Shown here: piece by piece, positions 22,730 through 32,916 of the stretch
How positions within the stretch are numbered: position 1 is the stretch's first letter
Layout: each line of letters begins with the position of its first letter
Origin: Synechococcus sp.
GTDB taxonomy: Bacteria; Cyanobacteriota; Cyanobacteriia; PCC-6307; Cyanobiaceae
NCBI GenBank assembly: GCA_047284725.1
Contig: JBJBEO010000001.1
Coordinates: 824,203-888,202 of the forward strand
Direction of reading: 5' to 3'
DNA length: 64,000 bases
Notes under the pieces: model-generated
Seen by the model: only the letters and a program-made list of their open reading frames with translations
Database searches by the model: none
Told to the model about the DNA's origin: nothing
Translations under genes and position numbers: made by a program

Positions 22730-23308
22730 TCAGAGCGCGTCGTGATGATTGGCCAACAGCTGTTCCACTTCCTGGAGCCCTTCCTTCGATGCGTCCCGGG
22801 CCAGTTCGAAGTTGCCGTCGGCGCTGTCCAGCAGCTCGGCTGCGCAGCGATCCAGCAGGTCCTCGCGTTGTTCCGAGAGAAGACTGAGAAGCTCTGTTTT
22901 GATCAGGTGCTGCACGGCCTGGCGTTGGAGGTGCTGGGCGCTGGCTTCCTCGAAGGTGCCCTGCACCAGCTCCTGGATGAACAGCTGGTGCACTTCGCTG
23001 CTGCGCAGAAAGCTTTCGGTCGCATTGATGATGCCGTCCACCAGGGCGCGATCGGGCTCTGCGTTCTCTTCGGCCAGCTTGAACTCCCAGTCGAGATGGC
23101 GCCGTTGCCATCCGGCGGCGTGCAGGCTGGGCATCACCGTTTGGGTGAATGTGTCGACCGACATTTCATAAATCCGTTCCGCCAGCCGTTCGCACCATTC
23201 CCTGCCGTGTTCCTTGAGCACCTCGCGCATGGCTTGTTGCTCAACGGCATGACCGCCGTGATGGCTGTGACAGACGCCGTCAGGACATTCGATCGCCTTG
23301 AGGCCCAT
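22730..23308 (-). CDS. Hypothetical helical protein with N-terminal Cys/His motif
   Basis: MGLKAIECPDGVCHSHHGGH... Confidence 0.75.
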   Translation of the reverse strand: MGLKAIECPDGVCHSHHGGHAVEQQAMREVLKEHGREWCERLAERIYEMSVDTFTQTVMPSLHAAGWQRRHLDWEFKLAEENAEPDRALVDGIINATESFLRSSEVHQLFIQELVQGTFEEASAQHLQRQAVQHLIKTELLSLLSEQREDLLDRCAAELLDSADGNFELARDASKEGLQEVEQLLANHHDAL

Positions 23309-23426
23309 GAATTTGCAGCGGAGATTCTCTTGGCTTAGCCAGCGCGTCAGGACCACCACGCAATCTTCAGGAAAGCTGCGGTAAGCGAAACCGCGACCCC
23401 GTAATCTCGCTTGGGTCGGCGGCGTC

Positions 23427-24572
23427 TTGATCTTGCCCAGACTTTTCATACCTGTTGAGACAGCAGCGGCGGAAACCCGCGTGGCTGCTTCCCCTGAAAC
23501 CGTTAAAAAGTTCATCAGCCTCGGCTGTTCGGTTGCGATCGAACGCGGCGCCGGTGCGTCTGCGGGTTTCGTTGATTCCGCTTACAGCGACGCTGGTGCA
23601 GACGTCGTGGCCGTCGGAGATGGTCAGGCCTGGAGCCAGGCCGATCTGCTGCTGTGTGTGCAAACACCAGAGCCCAGAAGCCTCACCAGACTTCGCCGCG
23701 GTGCTGTGGTGGTGGGTCTGTTGTCTCCCTACAGCAATCAAGCGCTGACTGCAGCGCTTCAGACTGGTGGCCTCTCGGCCATGGCTCTTGAGCTGTTGCC
23801 TCGCATCAGCCGTGCCCAGTCGGCAGATGCTCTGTCCTCGCAGGCCAATATCGCCGGTTACAAGGCCGTCTTGCTCGGATCTGCCGCTCTCGACCGTTAT
23901 TTCCCGATGCTGATGACGGCAGCGGGCACCGTGCAGCCGGCCAAGGTGGTGATTCTCGGAGCCGGTGTGGCTGGCCTTCAAGCCGTGGCCACCGCCCGAC
24001 GGCTTGGCGCTGTGGTGTTCGTGAGTGACATTCGCCCTGCCGTGAAGGAGCAGGTGGAGTCGCTCGGTGCCCGCTTCATCGAGCCCCCTGAAACGGACGA
24101 CAAGCCGTCTGAATCCGGTGGCTATGCCAAGCAGGCCTCTGAAGCCTTCCTGGCGGCCCAGCGTCAGAAGCTGTCGGATCAGTTGGCGGAAGCCGATGTG
24201 GCGATCTGCACCGCGCAGGTGCCTGGTCGCCGTGCGCCGCGCTTGATCAGCGAAGACATGCTGGATCGCATGCGCCCCGGTGCTGTGGTGGTGGATCTTG
24301 CCGTGGCTCAGGGGGGTAACTGCGCCGATACCAAGCCTTCCCAGACCGTGGATCGCAAGGGCGTGAAGCTGATCGGCGCCAATGATCTTCCCTGCACGGT
24401 GCCGAATCACGCCAGTGCGCTCTATGCCCGCAACCTGCTGGCCCTGTTGGAGCCCACCCTGAAGGATGGGCAGTTCAACCTCGACACGGAGGATGAGCTG
24501 ATCGCCGGTTGTCTGATTGCGCACGACGGCAGCATCCGTCGCGGCGACGTTCTCACCCCTGGAGCCAACTGA
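23427..24572 (+). CDS. pntA: NAD(P) transhydrogenase alpha subunit, domain I
   Basis: ETRVAASP, DALSSQANIAGY, GAGVAGL. Confidence 0.95.
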   Translation: MILPRLFIPVETAAAETRVAASPETVKKFISLGCSVAIERGAGASAGFVDSAYSDAGADVVAVGDGQAWSQADLLLCVQTPEPRSLTRLRRGAVVVGLLSPYSNQALTAALQTGGLSAMALELLPRISRAQSADALSSQANIAGYKAVLLGSAALDRYFPMLMTAAGTVQPAKVVILGAGVAGLQAVATARRLGAVVFVSDIRPAVKEQVESLGARFIEPPETDDKPSESGGYAKQASEAFLAAQRQKLSDQLAEADVAICTAQVPGRRAPRLISEDMLDRMRPGAVVVDLAVAQGGNCADTKPSQTVDRKGVKLIGANDLPCTVPNHASALYARNLLALLEPTLKDGQFNLDTEDELIAGCLIAHDGSIRRGDVLTPGAN

Positions 24573-24877
24573 TGGATTCAATCTTTGTGAATGCCTTGTG
24601 GGTTCTGCTGCTGGGCAGCCTCCTGGGCCTTGAACTGATCGGCAAGGTGCCTCCCACCCTGCACACGCCACTGATGAGTGGCGCCAATGCCATCTCCGGG
24701 ATCACGGTGCTCGCGGCTCTGACGGCGATCATCAAGTCGAATGGAAGCATCCCTCTGCTGGTGCTCGGTTCTGTGTCCCTGGGCTTCGCCCTTTTCAACG
24801 TGATCGGTGGCTTCCTGGTGACCGATCGAATGCTCGCCATGTTCAGCCGTAAGCCCGCCCGCAAGGAGAACCGTTGA
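24572..24877 (+). CDS. pntA: NAD(P) transhydrogenase alpha subunit, membrane part
   Basis: LHTPLMSGANAISG, GGFLVTDRML. Confidence 0.93.
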   Translation: MDSIFVNALWVLLLGSLLGLELIGKVPPTLHTPLMSGANAISGITVLAALTAIIKSNGSIPLLVLGSVSLGFALFNVIGGFLVTDRMLAMFSRKPARKENR

Positions 24878-26298
24878 TGGACTTTCTTCAATACGCCATC
24901 GACCTGGTCGCCATCCTGTTGCTGGCACTGGGCATCAAAGGATTGTCGAAGGTGCGTTCCGCCCGGGGCGCCAACCAATTGGCCGCAGTCGCCATGGCCC
25001 TGGCCGTGCTCGGTCTGCTGATTCATTACCTCGGCACGACGGGTATCAGCACTGCCGCCTGGACCTGGATCATCAGCGGCACCCTTGTCGGCGGTGTGCT
25101 TGGAGCCATCACGGCCCAGCGGGTGCCAATGACCTCCATGCCCGAGACCGTCGCCCTGTTCAACGGTTGCGGTGGCATGTCCTCGCTGCTGGTGGCTCTG
25201 GCGGCAGCCTTCTTCCCTGCTGCTCTCGATGCCAGCGGCATGGTTGCCGTCGTCTCGATTGTGATCTCGGTGTTCGTCGGATCGATCACCTTCACCGGCT
25301 CAATCGTGGCCATGGCCAAGCTTCAGGGCTGGCTCTCGACGCCGGCCTGGATGCAGAGCAAGGCACGTCATTTCGTCAACATCGCCCTGGCTGTGGCTTG
25401 TCTCGCGGCCGCGGTTGATCTGATTGCCCAGGGCGGCACGAGTGCCGAGGCCCTCTGGTTACTCGTCATCGCCTCGAGCGTGCTCGGCATCGGCGTCACC
25501 CTGCCGATCGGCGGGGCCGACATGCCCGTGGTGATTTCACTTCTCAACAGCTACTCCGGTGTGGCCGCTGCTGCCGCCGGCTTCGTGGTGGGCAGCCAGC
25601 TGCTGATCGTGGCGGGCGCCATGGTGGGTGCCGCCGGCCTGATCCTCACGCAGGTGATGTGCAATGGCATGAACCGCTCCCTGGTGTCGGTGCTCTTCGG
25701 CGGCGCTCTGGGTGCTTCCGCTGCCTCCGGCGGCGGTGGTGGCGAGTACACCAACATCACCAGCTGCAGTGTCGAAGAATGTGCGCTCACGCTTGAAGCT
25801 GCAGAGCGGGTGGTGATTGTTCCTGGGTACGGCCTCGCCGTGGCTCAGGCCCAACACACCCTGCGGGAGGTCACCCGGTCGCTTGAGGCGGCAGGCATTC
25901 AGGTGGATTACGCCATTCACCCGGTGGCTGGTCGCATGCCCGGTCACATGAACGTCCTGCTTGCGGAGGCCGATGTGCCCTATGAGCAGCTCAAGGAGAT
26001 GGATGTGATCAATCCCGAGTTCCCAGCCACCGATGTGGTGCTGGTGCTGGGCGCGAACGACGTGGTCAACCCCCAGGCCAAGAACGACCCGCAGTCGCCT
26101 CTCTACGGCATGCCTGTGCTTGATGTCCAGCAGGCCCGCACCGTGTTCGTGGTCAAGCGCGGCATGAGCGCTGGTTATTCCGGCATCAAGAACGACCTGT
26201 TCGAGTTGGGCAACACCTCCATGGTGTTTGGCGATGCCAAGAAGGTGCTGGGTGATTTGCTCGGTGAGCTCAAGGAGCTCGGCGTCGGCAAGAAGTGA
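24877..26298 (+). CDS. pntB: NAD(P) transhydrogenase beta subunit
   Basis: SLLNSYSG, HPVAGRMPGHMNVLLAEA, GANDVVNP. Confidence 0.97.
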   Translation: MDFLQYAIDLVAILLLALGIKGLSKVRSARGANQLAAVAMALAVLGLLIHYLGTTGISTAAWTWIISGTLVGGVLGAITAQRVPMTSMPETVALFNGCGGMSSLLVALAAAFFPAALDASGMVAVVSIVISVFVGSITFTGSIVAMAKLQGWLSTPAWMQSKARHFVNIALAVACLAAAVDLIAQGGTSAEALWLLVIASSVLGIGVTLPIGGADMPVVISLLNSYSGVAAAAAGFVVGSQLLIVAGAMVGAAGLILTQVMCNGMNRSLVSVLFGGALGASAASGGGGGEYTNITSCSVEECALTLEAAERVVIVPGYGLAVAQAQHTLREVTRSLEAAGIQVDYAIHPVAGRMPGHMNVLLAEADVPYEQLKEMDVINPEFPATDVVLVLGANDVVNPQAKNDPQSPLYGMPVLDVQQARTVFVVKRGMSAGYSGIKNDLFELGNTSMVFGDAKKVLGDLLGELKELGVGKK

Positions 26299-26308
26299 AT
26301 CCGTTCTC

Positions 26309-27469
26309 GTGAGCCCCCGCACGTCCAGCGGCGCGGATGACCCCCAGCTGCTGCGGCAGCTGAGGGTCTCTCCCTATCGGCAACGCCTGCCGTGGCTGGG
26401 GGGGGATCTGCAGACCCTGCGCGACACGCTGCGGCCGGTGCACTTTCCTCAGGATCAAGGGGAACCGATCACGATTTCTGTGCCGGCGCTTGCCAGTGGT
26501 GCCGCCGGTGCTGGTGCCCTGCTCGCTTACCTCGACCGTCCGCTCCAGGCGCATCACGCTGGCGGTGTGACGCACGGGGCAGATCACAGCCGGGTCCGAG
26601 GTCTTGTGGTGGTGTTGCACGGCCTGGGGGGGTCCAGTCGCCGTGCTGGTTTGCGGCGGCTGGGTCTCAGCCTGCAGGGCGCTGGATTCGCCGTGTTGCG
26701 TCTCAACCTGCGCGGTGCGGATCCTGGACGCCATCTGGCAGGAGGTACCTATGCAGCTGCATGCAACAGCGATCTGCTGCCCGTCTTGGCAAGGGCCCGC
26801 CTTCTGGCGGCTGAGCTGGGCCAGGAGTCCGCGGCGCAAGGGCCCTTACCGGTCTACGGGGCAGGGATTTCCCTGGGGGGCACCATGCTGCTCAATGCCT
26901 GTCTAGCCTCGCCAGGCTGTCTGGATGCGCTGATCTGTGCCAGCAGCCCTCTGGATCTGGGGGCCTGCAGCGCTTCGATTGAGCGCCCTCGCAACCGCCT
27001 CTATCAGCGCTGGCTTCTGCAACGGCTGGTGCGTCAGACCCTGGCAGATCCTTTTGGGGTGAGCGTCGAGGAAGAGCAGAGCCTCCGGGGGGATCCCCCC
27101 CGCAGTATCCGGGCCTTTGATGCGGCCGTGACCGCTCCCCGTTGGGGGTTCGCGTCCGTTGAGGACTACTACCGAGGGGCTTCGCCTCTCCCTCGCCTGC
27201 TCGAGTGTCCGGCGCATCTGCCTCCCACCCTGCTGTTGCAGGCAGACGATGATCCCTGGGTGCCGGCCGCCGCAGCCCGTCAGCTCCAAGCTGCCCTGTC
27301 TGCCTCCCCCCTGGCCCCCGATCGCGATCGCCTGGCGGTGCTGCTCACGGCGCAGGGTGGCCACAACGGTTTCCATGGGCCCGGCGACAGCGTGAGGTGG
27401 GGTTGCTGGTCCGATCGGTTGGCCTGCGCCTGGCTCCAACGCAGGAGTGAGCGGGATCAGGTCTGGTGA
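26309..27469 (+). CDS. YheT-family alpha/beta hydrolase
   Basis: GGDLQT, HGLGGSS, GISLGG, DDPWVP, GGHNGF. Confidence 0.85.
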   Translation: MSPRTSSGADDPQLLRQLRVSPYRQRLPWLGGDLQTLRDTLRPVHFPQDQGEPITISVPALASGAAGAGALLAYLDRPLQAHHAGGVTHGADHSRVRGLVVVLHGLGGSSRRAGLRRLGLSLQGAGFAVLRLNLRGADPGRHLAGGTYAAACNSDLLPVLARARLLAAELGQESAAQGPLPVYGAGISLGGTMLLNACLASPGCLDALICASSPLDLGACSASIERPRNRLYQRWLLQRLVRQTLADPFGVSVEEEQSLRGDPPRSIRAFDAAVTAPRWGFASVEDYYRGASPLPRLLECPAHLPPTLLLQADDDPWVPAAAARQLQAALSASPLAPDRDRLAVLLTAQGGHNGFHGPGDSVRWGCWSDRLACAWLQRRSERDQVW

Positions 27470-27810
27470 CGGCCTGATCGGTCAGAGGTCAGGGGTGTCT
27501 CTTTGAGGACCCACTCCCAGCGGGGCTGGCCGCCCAGCAGGTGCTCGTGCACGATGCACTCCAGTCGCTGTGGAGTGACGCCGCCGTACCAGATCCCTTC
27601 GGGCCAGATCAGCAGCACCGGACCTTGGGCGCACACCCGCAGACAATCCACCTTGGAGCGCAGGACGATGCCCTCTGGGCGCTTGGGGTTCTCCAGATCC
27701 AGTTCGCGGGTCAGACGTTTGAGGGTCTCCCAGGTCTGAGCTCCCTGGCGGGGATCACAGCACTTGGCCTTCGCGGGCGTCGCGCAGAGCAGGAGGTGGT
27801 GTTGGATCAC
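27457..27810 (-). CDS. Thioredoxin-like [2Fe-2S] ferredoxin
   Basis: LLLCA...CC...CLRVC..GP....WPEGIWY. Confidence 0.85.
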   Translation of the reverse strand: MIQHHLLLCATPAKAKCCDPRQGAQTWETLKRLTRELDLENPKRPEGIVLRSKVDCLRVCAQGPVLLIWPEGIWYGGVTPQRLECIVHEHLLGGQPRWEWVLKETPLTSDRSGRHQT

Positions 27811-27848
27811 TGGCTGACCCTCACGGTTGGTGTCCGGGTGGCTGTCAA

Positions 27849-29093
27849 TTAAGCAGCAATGGCCGAGGGCATCCGTCGCGTGCCACGCTTCACCTGCTCG
27901 CGCACCACCTGTCGCGCCCACTGATCCACGGCCAGAACATCATCGAGCTGGGGATGGTCGATCAGGTCGCCCTTGTGGCGTTCACAGGCTGCTTCGATCA
28001 CGGTGGGAATATCAAGAAAGTGGATCTTCTCTTCCAGGAACTGGGCCACCGCCTCTTCATTGGCCGCATTCATCACCGCAGGCATGGTGCCGCCGGCGCG
28101 ACCGGCTGCATAAGCCAGTTGCATGCAGGGGTACTTCGCGGGGTCGGGCCTGCGGAAGGTGAGGCTGCCCACGTCCGCAAGATCGAGCCGGCGCCAAGGG
28201 GTGTCCAGCCGTTCAGGCCAGCTCATGCAATAGAGGATCGGCAGTTTCATATCGGGCCATCCCAATTGCGCCAACACGGAGGAATCCGCAAGCTCGATCA
28301 TGGAGTGGATGATCGACTGGGGATGGATCACGATCTCGATGTGGTCGTAATCCAGGCCGAAGAGATAGTGGGCTTCGATCACCTCCAGACCCTTGTTCAT
28401 CAGGGAGGCGGAGTCGACGGTGATCTTGCGACCCATGCTCCAGTTGGGATGCGAAGTCGCATCGGCCACCGTTGCATTTTCCAGGTCCGCCGCGTTCCAG
28501 TCGCGGAAGGCGCCTCCGGAGGCCGTCAGCTGGATCCGGCGCAGTCCGGGGGTGGGCACTCCCGTGGACAGGCGTGCGTTCTCGGCCCAGGGTGTGCCCT
28601 GCAGGCACTGGAAGATCGCGGAATGTTCGGAATCGGCGGGCAGGAGGCGGCTGCCGCTTTTCTTCAGTTCCGGCAGGACCACCGGACCGGCGGCAATCAG
28701 GGTCTCCTTGTTGGCCAGCGCCAGATCCTTGCCGGCGCGGATCGCCGCCAGGGTTGGCAACAGGCCTGCACAACCCACGATCCCGGTCACCACCAGATCG
28801 GCACTGTCCCATGACGCTGCCACGTTGAGCCCATCGGGACCGCCCAGCAGTTGGGGCAGTTGCGTGCCACGCACGCCCGCTGCGGCCAGGCGCTCCTTCA
28901 GATCCGTGAGCAGTGCGGTGTCTGCAAGGGCCACCACCTCTGGATGGTGCTGCTGGATCTGCTCCACCAGCAGCGGAAGGTTGCGGCCGGCGGTGAGAGC
29001 CACCACCTTGAATCGCTCAGGGAATTCCTGGACGATTTCCAGAGTCTGGGTGCCGATCGAGCCCGTGGAGCCCAGCACGCTGATGGCTTTCAC
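27849..29093 (-). CDS. dxr: 1-deoxy-D-xylulose-5-phosphate reductoisomerase
   Basis: [31 protein letters not shown]. Confidence 0.98.
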   Translation of the reverse strand: MKAISVLGSTGSIGTQTLEIVQEFPERFKVVALTAGRNLPLLVEQIQQHHPEVVALADTALLTDLKERLAAAGVRGTQLPQLLGGPDGLNVAASWDSADLVVTGIVGCAGLLPTLAAIRAGKDLALANKETLIAAGPVVLPELKKSGSRLLPADSEHSAIFQCLQGTPWAENARLSTGVPTPGLRRIQLTASGGAFRDWNAADLENATVADATSHPNWSMGRKITVDSASLMNKGLEVIEAHYLFGLDYDHIEIVIHPQSIIHSMIELADSSVLAQLGWPDMKLPILYCMSWPERLDTPWRRLDLADVGSLTFRRPDPAKYPCMQLAYAAGRAGGTMPAVMNAANEEAVAQFLEEKIHFLDIPTVIEAACERHKGDLIDHPQLDDVLAVDQWARQVVREQVKRGTRRMPSAIAA

Positions 29094-29169
29094 GTCGATC
29101 TGGCGAGGGGTTTCAGTTTCCCATGCCGAACCCTGGCAAACTTCGGCCAGAACGATGGAGAAGACGCGA

Positions 29170-30561
29170 ATGGCCGCGAAGGAGCACTGGCGCTCGGGTT
29201 TGGGGTTCGTGCTGGCCGCCGCCGGCAGCGCCGTGGGTCTGGGCAACCTCTGGGGTTTTGCCTATCGCGCCTCCCAGGGGGGCGGTGGGGCGTTTCTGTT
29301 GCTGTACCTGCTGATCGTGCTGGTGGTGTGTTTGCCGGTGCTGGTGGCTGAGATGGTCCTGGGGCGCAGCACTGGCCACAGCCCCCTGCTGGCACCGGTG
29401 ACCGCGGCGGGCAAGCGTTGGCAGCCCCTGGGCTGGCTGTTCATCGCCGCATCCTGCGGCATCCTGGCCTTCTATGCGGTGTTGATGGGCTGGACAGGGC
29501 ACACCCTGGTGCATGCCCTGCTGGTGGGACTTCCCGCGGATATGGGCGCCGCGAAAACCTTTTTCGGTGGTGTCAGCAGCGGTAACAGCGTGCTGCTGGG
29601 GCAGGGGTTCTCTCTTCTGCTGACCGCCTTGGTGGTGGCCACCGGCATTCAGGCTGGGATCGAGCGTCTGTCCCGCTGGGCGCTGCCTTTTCTGTTCCTC
29701 TTGTTGATCGGCCTGGTGATCTGGGCGTCAGGTCTCGAGGGGGCTGCCGCCGGTCGTCAGACCTTCCTGCTGGAGTTCGATCGCAGTCAGCTGCTCGATC
29801 TGACCACAATTCGCAATGCCTTTAACCAGGCCTTTTTCTCGATCGGTACCGGCATCGGCTGCATCCTGGCCTATGCGGCTTACCTCGATCGCCGTGCCCG
29901 CCTACCGCGGGAAGCGGTGGCGGTGGTGGGCATGGACACGGCCGTTGGCTTGTTGGCAGGGCTGGTGACCTTCCCGGTCGTGATGAGCTTCGGGCTTCAG
30001 GACACCATCAGCGCTTCCACGGTGGGCACTCTGTTCGTCGCTCTGCCCACAGGTCTGGCGTCGCTGGGGTTCACCGGGCGAGTGGTGGCGGTGCTGTTCT
30101 TCCTGCTGGCCTATCTGGCGGCCATTACCTCTGCGGTATCGCTGCTTGAGGTGCCTGTTGCCTCCTTGATGGATCGTCTGGGCTGGAGCCGTCGCAAGGC
30201 GGTCACCCTGGCTGCGGTGCTGATTTTCATCGCTGGTCTGCCGGCCGCCACCTCGGAATCCGCACTCGGTTTCATGGATGCGGTGTTTGGTGGGGTGCTG
30301 TTGATCGTCGGCGGTTTGTTGATTTCCTTGCTGATGGGGTGGAGCGCTCCCAGCCGTTTCCGTGAGGATCTCAGTCAGTCCGGCACGCCATTGGCTCTGC
30401 GTCGTTTGCTGCTGTTCTGTCTGCGCTGGGTGTCGCCGCTGGTGATTGCTTTCGGCCTTGTGGTCAGCCTCTGGGATCTTCTCGGGGGGTGGGCTGCATC
30501 CATCTGTCCGGTGCTCCCCTCCTGGCTCCCTCTCTCCTGGATCCTTTGCGCGTCTGCGTGA
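29170..30561 (+). CDS. Sodium-dependent transporter (NSS family)
   Basis: [18 protein letters not shown]...GGGAF. Confidence 0.93.
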   Translation: MAAKEHWRSGLGFVLAAAGSAVGLGNLWGFAYRASQGGGGAFLLLYLLIVLVVCLPVLVAEMVLGRSTGHSPLLAPVTAAGKRWQPLGWLFIAASCGILAFYAVLMGWTGHTLVHALLVGLPADMGAAKTFFGGVSSGNSVLLGQGFSLLLTALVVATGIQAGIERLSRWALPFLFLLLIGLVIWASGLEGAAAGRQTFLLEFDRSQLLDLTTIRNAFNQAFFSIGTGIGCILAYAAYLDRRARLPREAVAVVGMDTAVGLLAGLVTFPVVMSFGLQDTISASTVGTLFVALPTGLASLGFTGRVVAVLFFLLAYLAAITSAVSLLEVPVASLMDRLGWSRRKAVTLAAVLIFIAGLPAATSESALGFMDAVFGGVLLIVGGLLISLLMGWSAPSRFREDLSQSGTPLALRRLLLFCLRWVSPLVIAFGLVVSLWDLLGGWAASICPVLPSWLPLSWILCASA

Positions 30562-30609
30562 GTCCACTCGGTTGAATCGTCATGCCCTCGGCGTCTGCAA
30601 CGCAGCTGC

Positions 30610-31035
30610 TCAGATCAGATCCTCCAGAAGTTGGGCCGAAAGCTGCACCTCCCTCAGAAAACAAAGGGAGGCCAGCATCATCAGGCCCATGGCGGTGATG
30701 AACAGGGGCACTACCACGGCCGTGAGATTGAGCTGAAAGACCACGCTCAGAAACATGGTCGCCACCACAGCGGCGATCAGCAGGGTGGTGGCGGTGAGGA
30801 GAGCAATCGCGCGGATCGTTAGCCGCATCCGTTGGCGATAGATGGTTCGCGTGCGTGCATCCAGACCATCACCACCGCTTGTCTCCTGGCGTGCCCGGGC
30901 CTGTCGGGTGGTGTCGACAATGCGGGCCAGTCGTCCTGAGAGCACATTCATCAACGCACCGATGCCCGCAAGGAGGAACACCGGTGCGACGGAGAGTTGG
31001 ATCGCTTTTGACAGGCTTTCCGGCTGCAGGTTCAC
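30610..31035 (-). CDS. DUF2721-like membrane protein
   Basis: IQLSVAPVFLL..., RLARIVD, FLREV. Confidence 0.8.
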   Translation of the reverse strand: MNLQPESLSKAIQLSVAPVFLLAGIGALMNVLSGRLARIVDTTRQARARQETSGGDGLDARTRTIYRQRMRLTIRAIALLTATTLLIAAVVATMFLSVVFQLNLTAVVVPLFITAMGLMMLASLCFLREVQLSAQLLEDLI

Positions 31036-31130
31036 GGCCGGAACGCTGACGTTGGGCGCAGCCTAGGTCTGCTGCTGCGTCGTTTCCGTTCTGGGCTCAG
31101 GTAGACAGGGGCCGTTCTTGAAGGTCGTTC

Positions 31131-31364
31131 ATGCTCTGGCTCAAACGTTGGAATTTCATCGAGAGGGCCAAGCTCGAGCGTCAGCTCTGGGAAGCATTTG
31201 AGCGGCGTGAGGATCTCGAGGCGATGGTGGAGACCCTGCGCCAGGCCGTTGACACTGGCAGCTCCGCGGATCTCGGTGGCGATCGCTTTCGACTGGAAGT
31301 CTGGACCACCACGCTGGGCCGCATCCGCAAGATCGAAGCGATGATGAAGGATCAGCAGCGCTGA
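31131..31364 (+). CDS. Hypothetical protein
   Basis: 77-aa ORF, helical, typical codon usage. Confidence 0.7.
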   Translation: MLWLKRWNFIERAKLERQLWEAFERREDLEAMVETLRQAVDTGSSADLGGDRFRLEVWTTTLGRIRKIEAMMKDQQR

Positions 31365-31371
31365 AAAGACC

Positions 31372-32874
31372 TCAGCTGCGCCGCCATTCCGTGATTCCGC
31401 CGGGTTTGTCGATCAGTTCGATGCCCTGGGCGGTGAGCTCCTCGCGGATGCGGTCGGCTTCGGCAAAGTTCTTGGCGGCCTTGGCCGCCTTGCGGGCTTC
31501 GATCGCTGCATCGATGGCTGCATCGATGGCTGCATCAGCGGCGTCGTCGCCTGCACCGCTGGCGGGTTGGAGCTCTTCGCGCAGGCCGATCACGGCGGCG
31601 AGTTCCCTCAGCAGCCTCCAGCGCTGGTGCAAGGCCTCCAGGTCGTTGTCGGCCTTCTCAGGCTGATCGCCCCTGTCGAGGCGGTTGGCCAGGCCACGCA
31701 GGGGGCGGGCCAGTTCGAACAGCACCGCCAGTGCACCGGAGCTGTTGAGGTCATCATCCATGGCGGCAATGAACCGCTGCTGCATGACAGCCAGGTCGCC
31801 CTGGACGAGGTCGCCAGCCCGTTGTGCATGGCTTTCCAGCGCCTCGGCGGCTGGCCAGCCCAGGGTCTGGGCATGCGCCCGGCCAAGCCCCAACGCCGCA
31901 TTGAGACCTTTCCAGCCGGTCGTGGCGGCTTCCAGTGCTTCGCCGGTGAAATCCAGGGGTTTGCGGTAATGGGCCTGGAGCACGAACAGGCGCAGCGTCA
32001 TCGCTGAGACGCCGCTTTCCAGCAGGGCGCGGATCGTGGTGAAGTTGCCCAGGGATTTGCTCATTTTTTCTCCGCCCACATTCACCATGCCGTTGTGGAG
32101 CCACACGCGGGCAAGATCGGTGCCGGTGGCGGCCTCCGACTGGGCGATTTCATTTTCGTGATGGGGGAACACCAGATCGGCGCCACCGAGGTGAATGTCG
32201 ATGGTGTCGCCCAGTTCCTCGCGCACCATCGCTGAGCATTCGATGTGCCAGCCGGGGCGCCCTTCACCCCAGGGAGAGGCGAAGCTCGTTTCACCGGGTT
32301 TGGCGCTTTTCCAGAGGGCGAAATCAAAGGGATGCTGTTTCCGCGCTTCCTCCGCATCGGCGACGCGGCCGTCCGCGTTGGTTTGCTGCTCGCTCAGGTC
32401 GCGGCCGCTGAGCTTGCCGTAACCCGCATGTTTCATCACCGCGAAATAGACATCGCCATCGGCGGAATACGCCGCGCCTTTCGCTTCAAGTTCACTGATC
32501 AGAGAGCGAATGCCATCGAGGCAGCGGGTCGCCCTGGGCATTCGATCCGGGCGCAGAATTCCCAGCGCATCCATGTCGGTATGGAAGGCCTCGATGTTGC
32601 GCTCGCTCACCGCCTCCATCGAGCTGTTCTCCTCGGCAGCGCGTTTGAGGATCTTGTCGTCGATGTCGGTGAAGTTCTGCACGAAGGTCACCGCGTAGCC
32701 ACGCCAGATCAGGTAACGGCGCAACACATCCCAGTTGATGTAACTGCGGGCGTGCCCGAGGTGGCACAGGTCGTAGACCGTGACGCCGCAGCAGTAGATG
32801 CTCACCTGCCCCTCCTTCAGGGGCTGAAACGGTTCCGTGCGGCGGGTGAGCGTGTTGGTGAACCGCAGGGACAC
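31372..32874 (-). CDS. cysS: Cysteine--tRNA ligase
   Basis: [23 protein letters not shown]. Confidence 0.98.
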   Translation of the reverse strand: MSLRFTNTLTRRTEPFQPLKEGQVSIYCCGVTVYDLCHLGHARSYINWDVLRRYLIWRGYAVTFVQNFTDIDDKILKRAAEENSSMEAVSERNIEAFHTDMDALGILRPDRMPRATRCLDGIRSLISELEAKGAAYSADGDVYFAVMKHAGYGKLSGRDLSEQQTNADGRVADAEEARKQHPFDFALWKSAKPGETSFASPWGEGRPGWHIECSAMVREELGDTIDIHLGGADLVFPHHENEIAQSEAATGTDLARVWLHNGMVNVGGEKMSKSLGNFTTIRALLESGVSAMTLRLFVLQAHYRKPLDFTGEALEAATTGWKGLNAALGLGRAHAQTLGWPAAEALESHAQRAGDLVQGDLAVMQQRFIAAMDDDLNSSGALAVLFELARPLRGLANRLDRGDQPEKADNDLEALHQRWRLLRELAAVIGLREELQPASGAGDDAADAAIDAAIDAAIEARKAAKAAKNFAEADRIREELTAQGIELIDKPGGITEWRRS

Positions 32875-32916
32875 AGGGATTGATCAGGCGCTGCCGGCGA
32901 GGTTACGGCGACGCCC

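Noticed and set aside
28393..29169. 259-aa N-terminal extension of the NSS transporter
   Set aside because: It overlaps dxr on the opposite strand; family similarity begins at MAAKEHW (29170).
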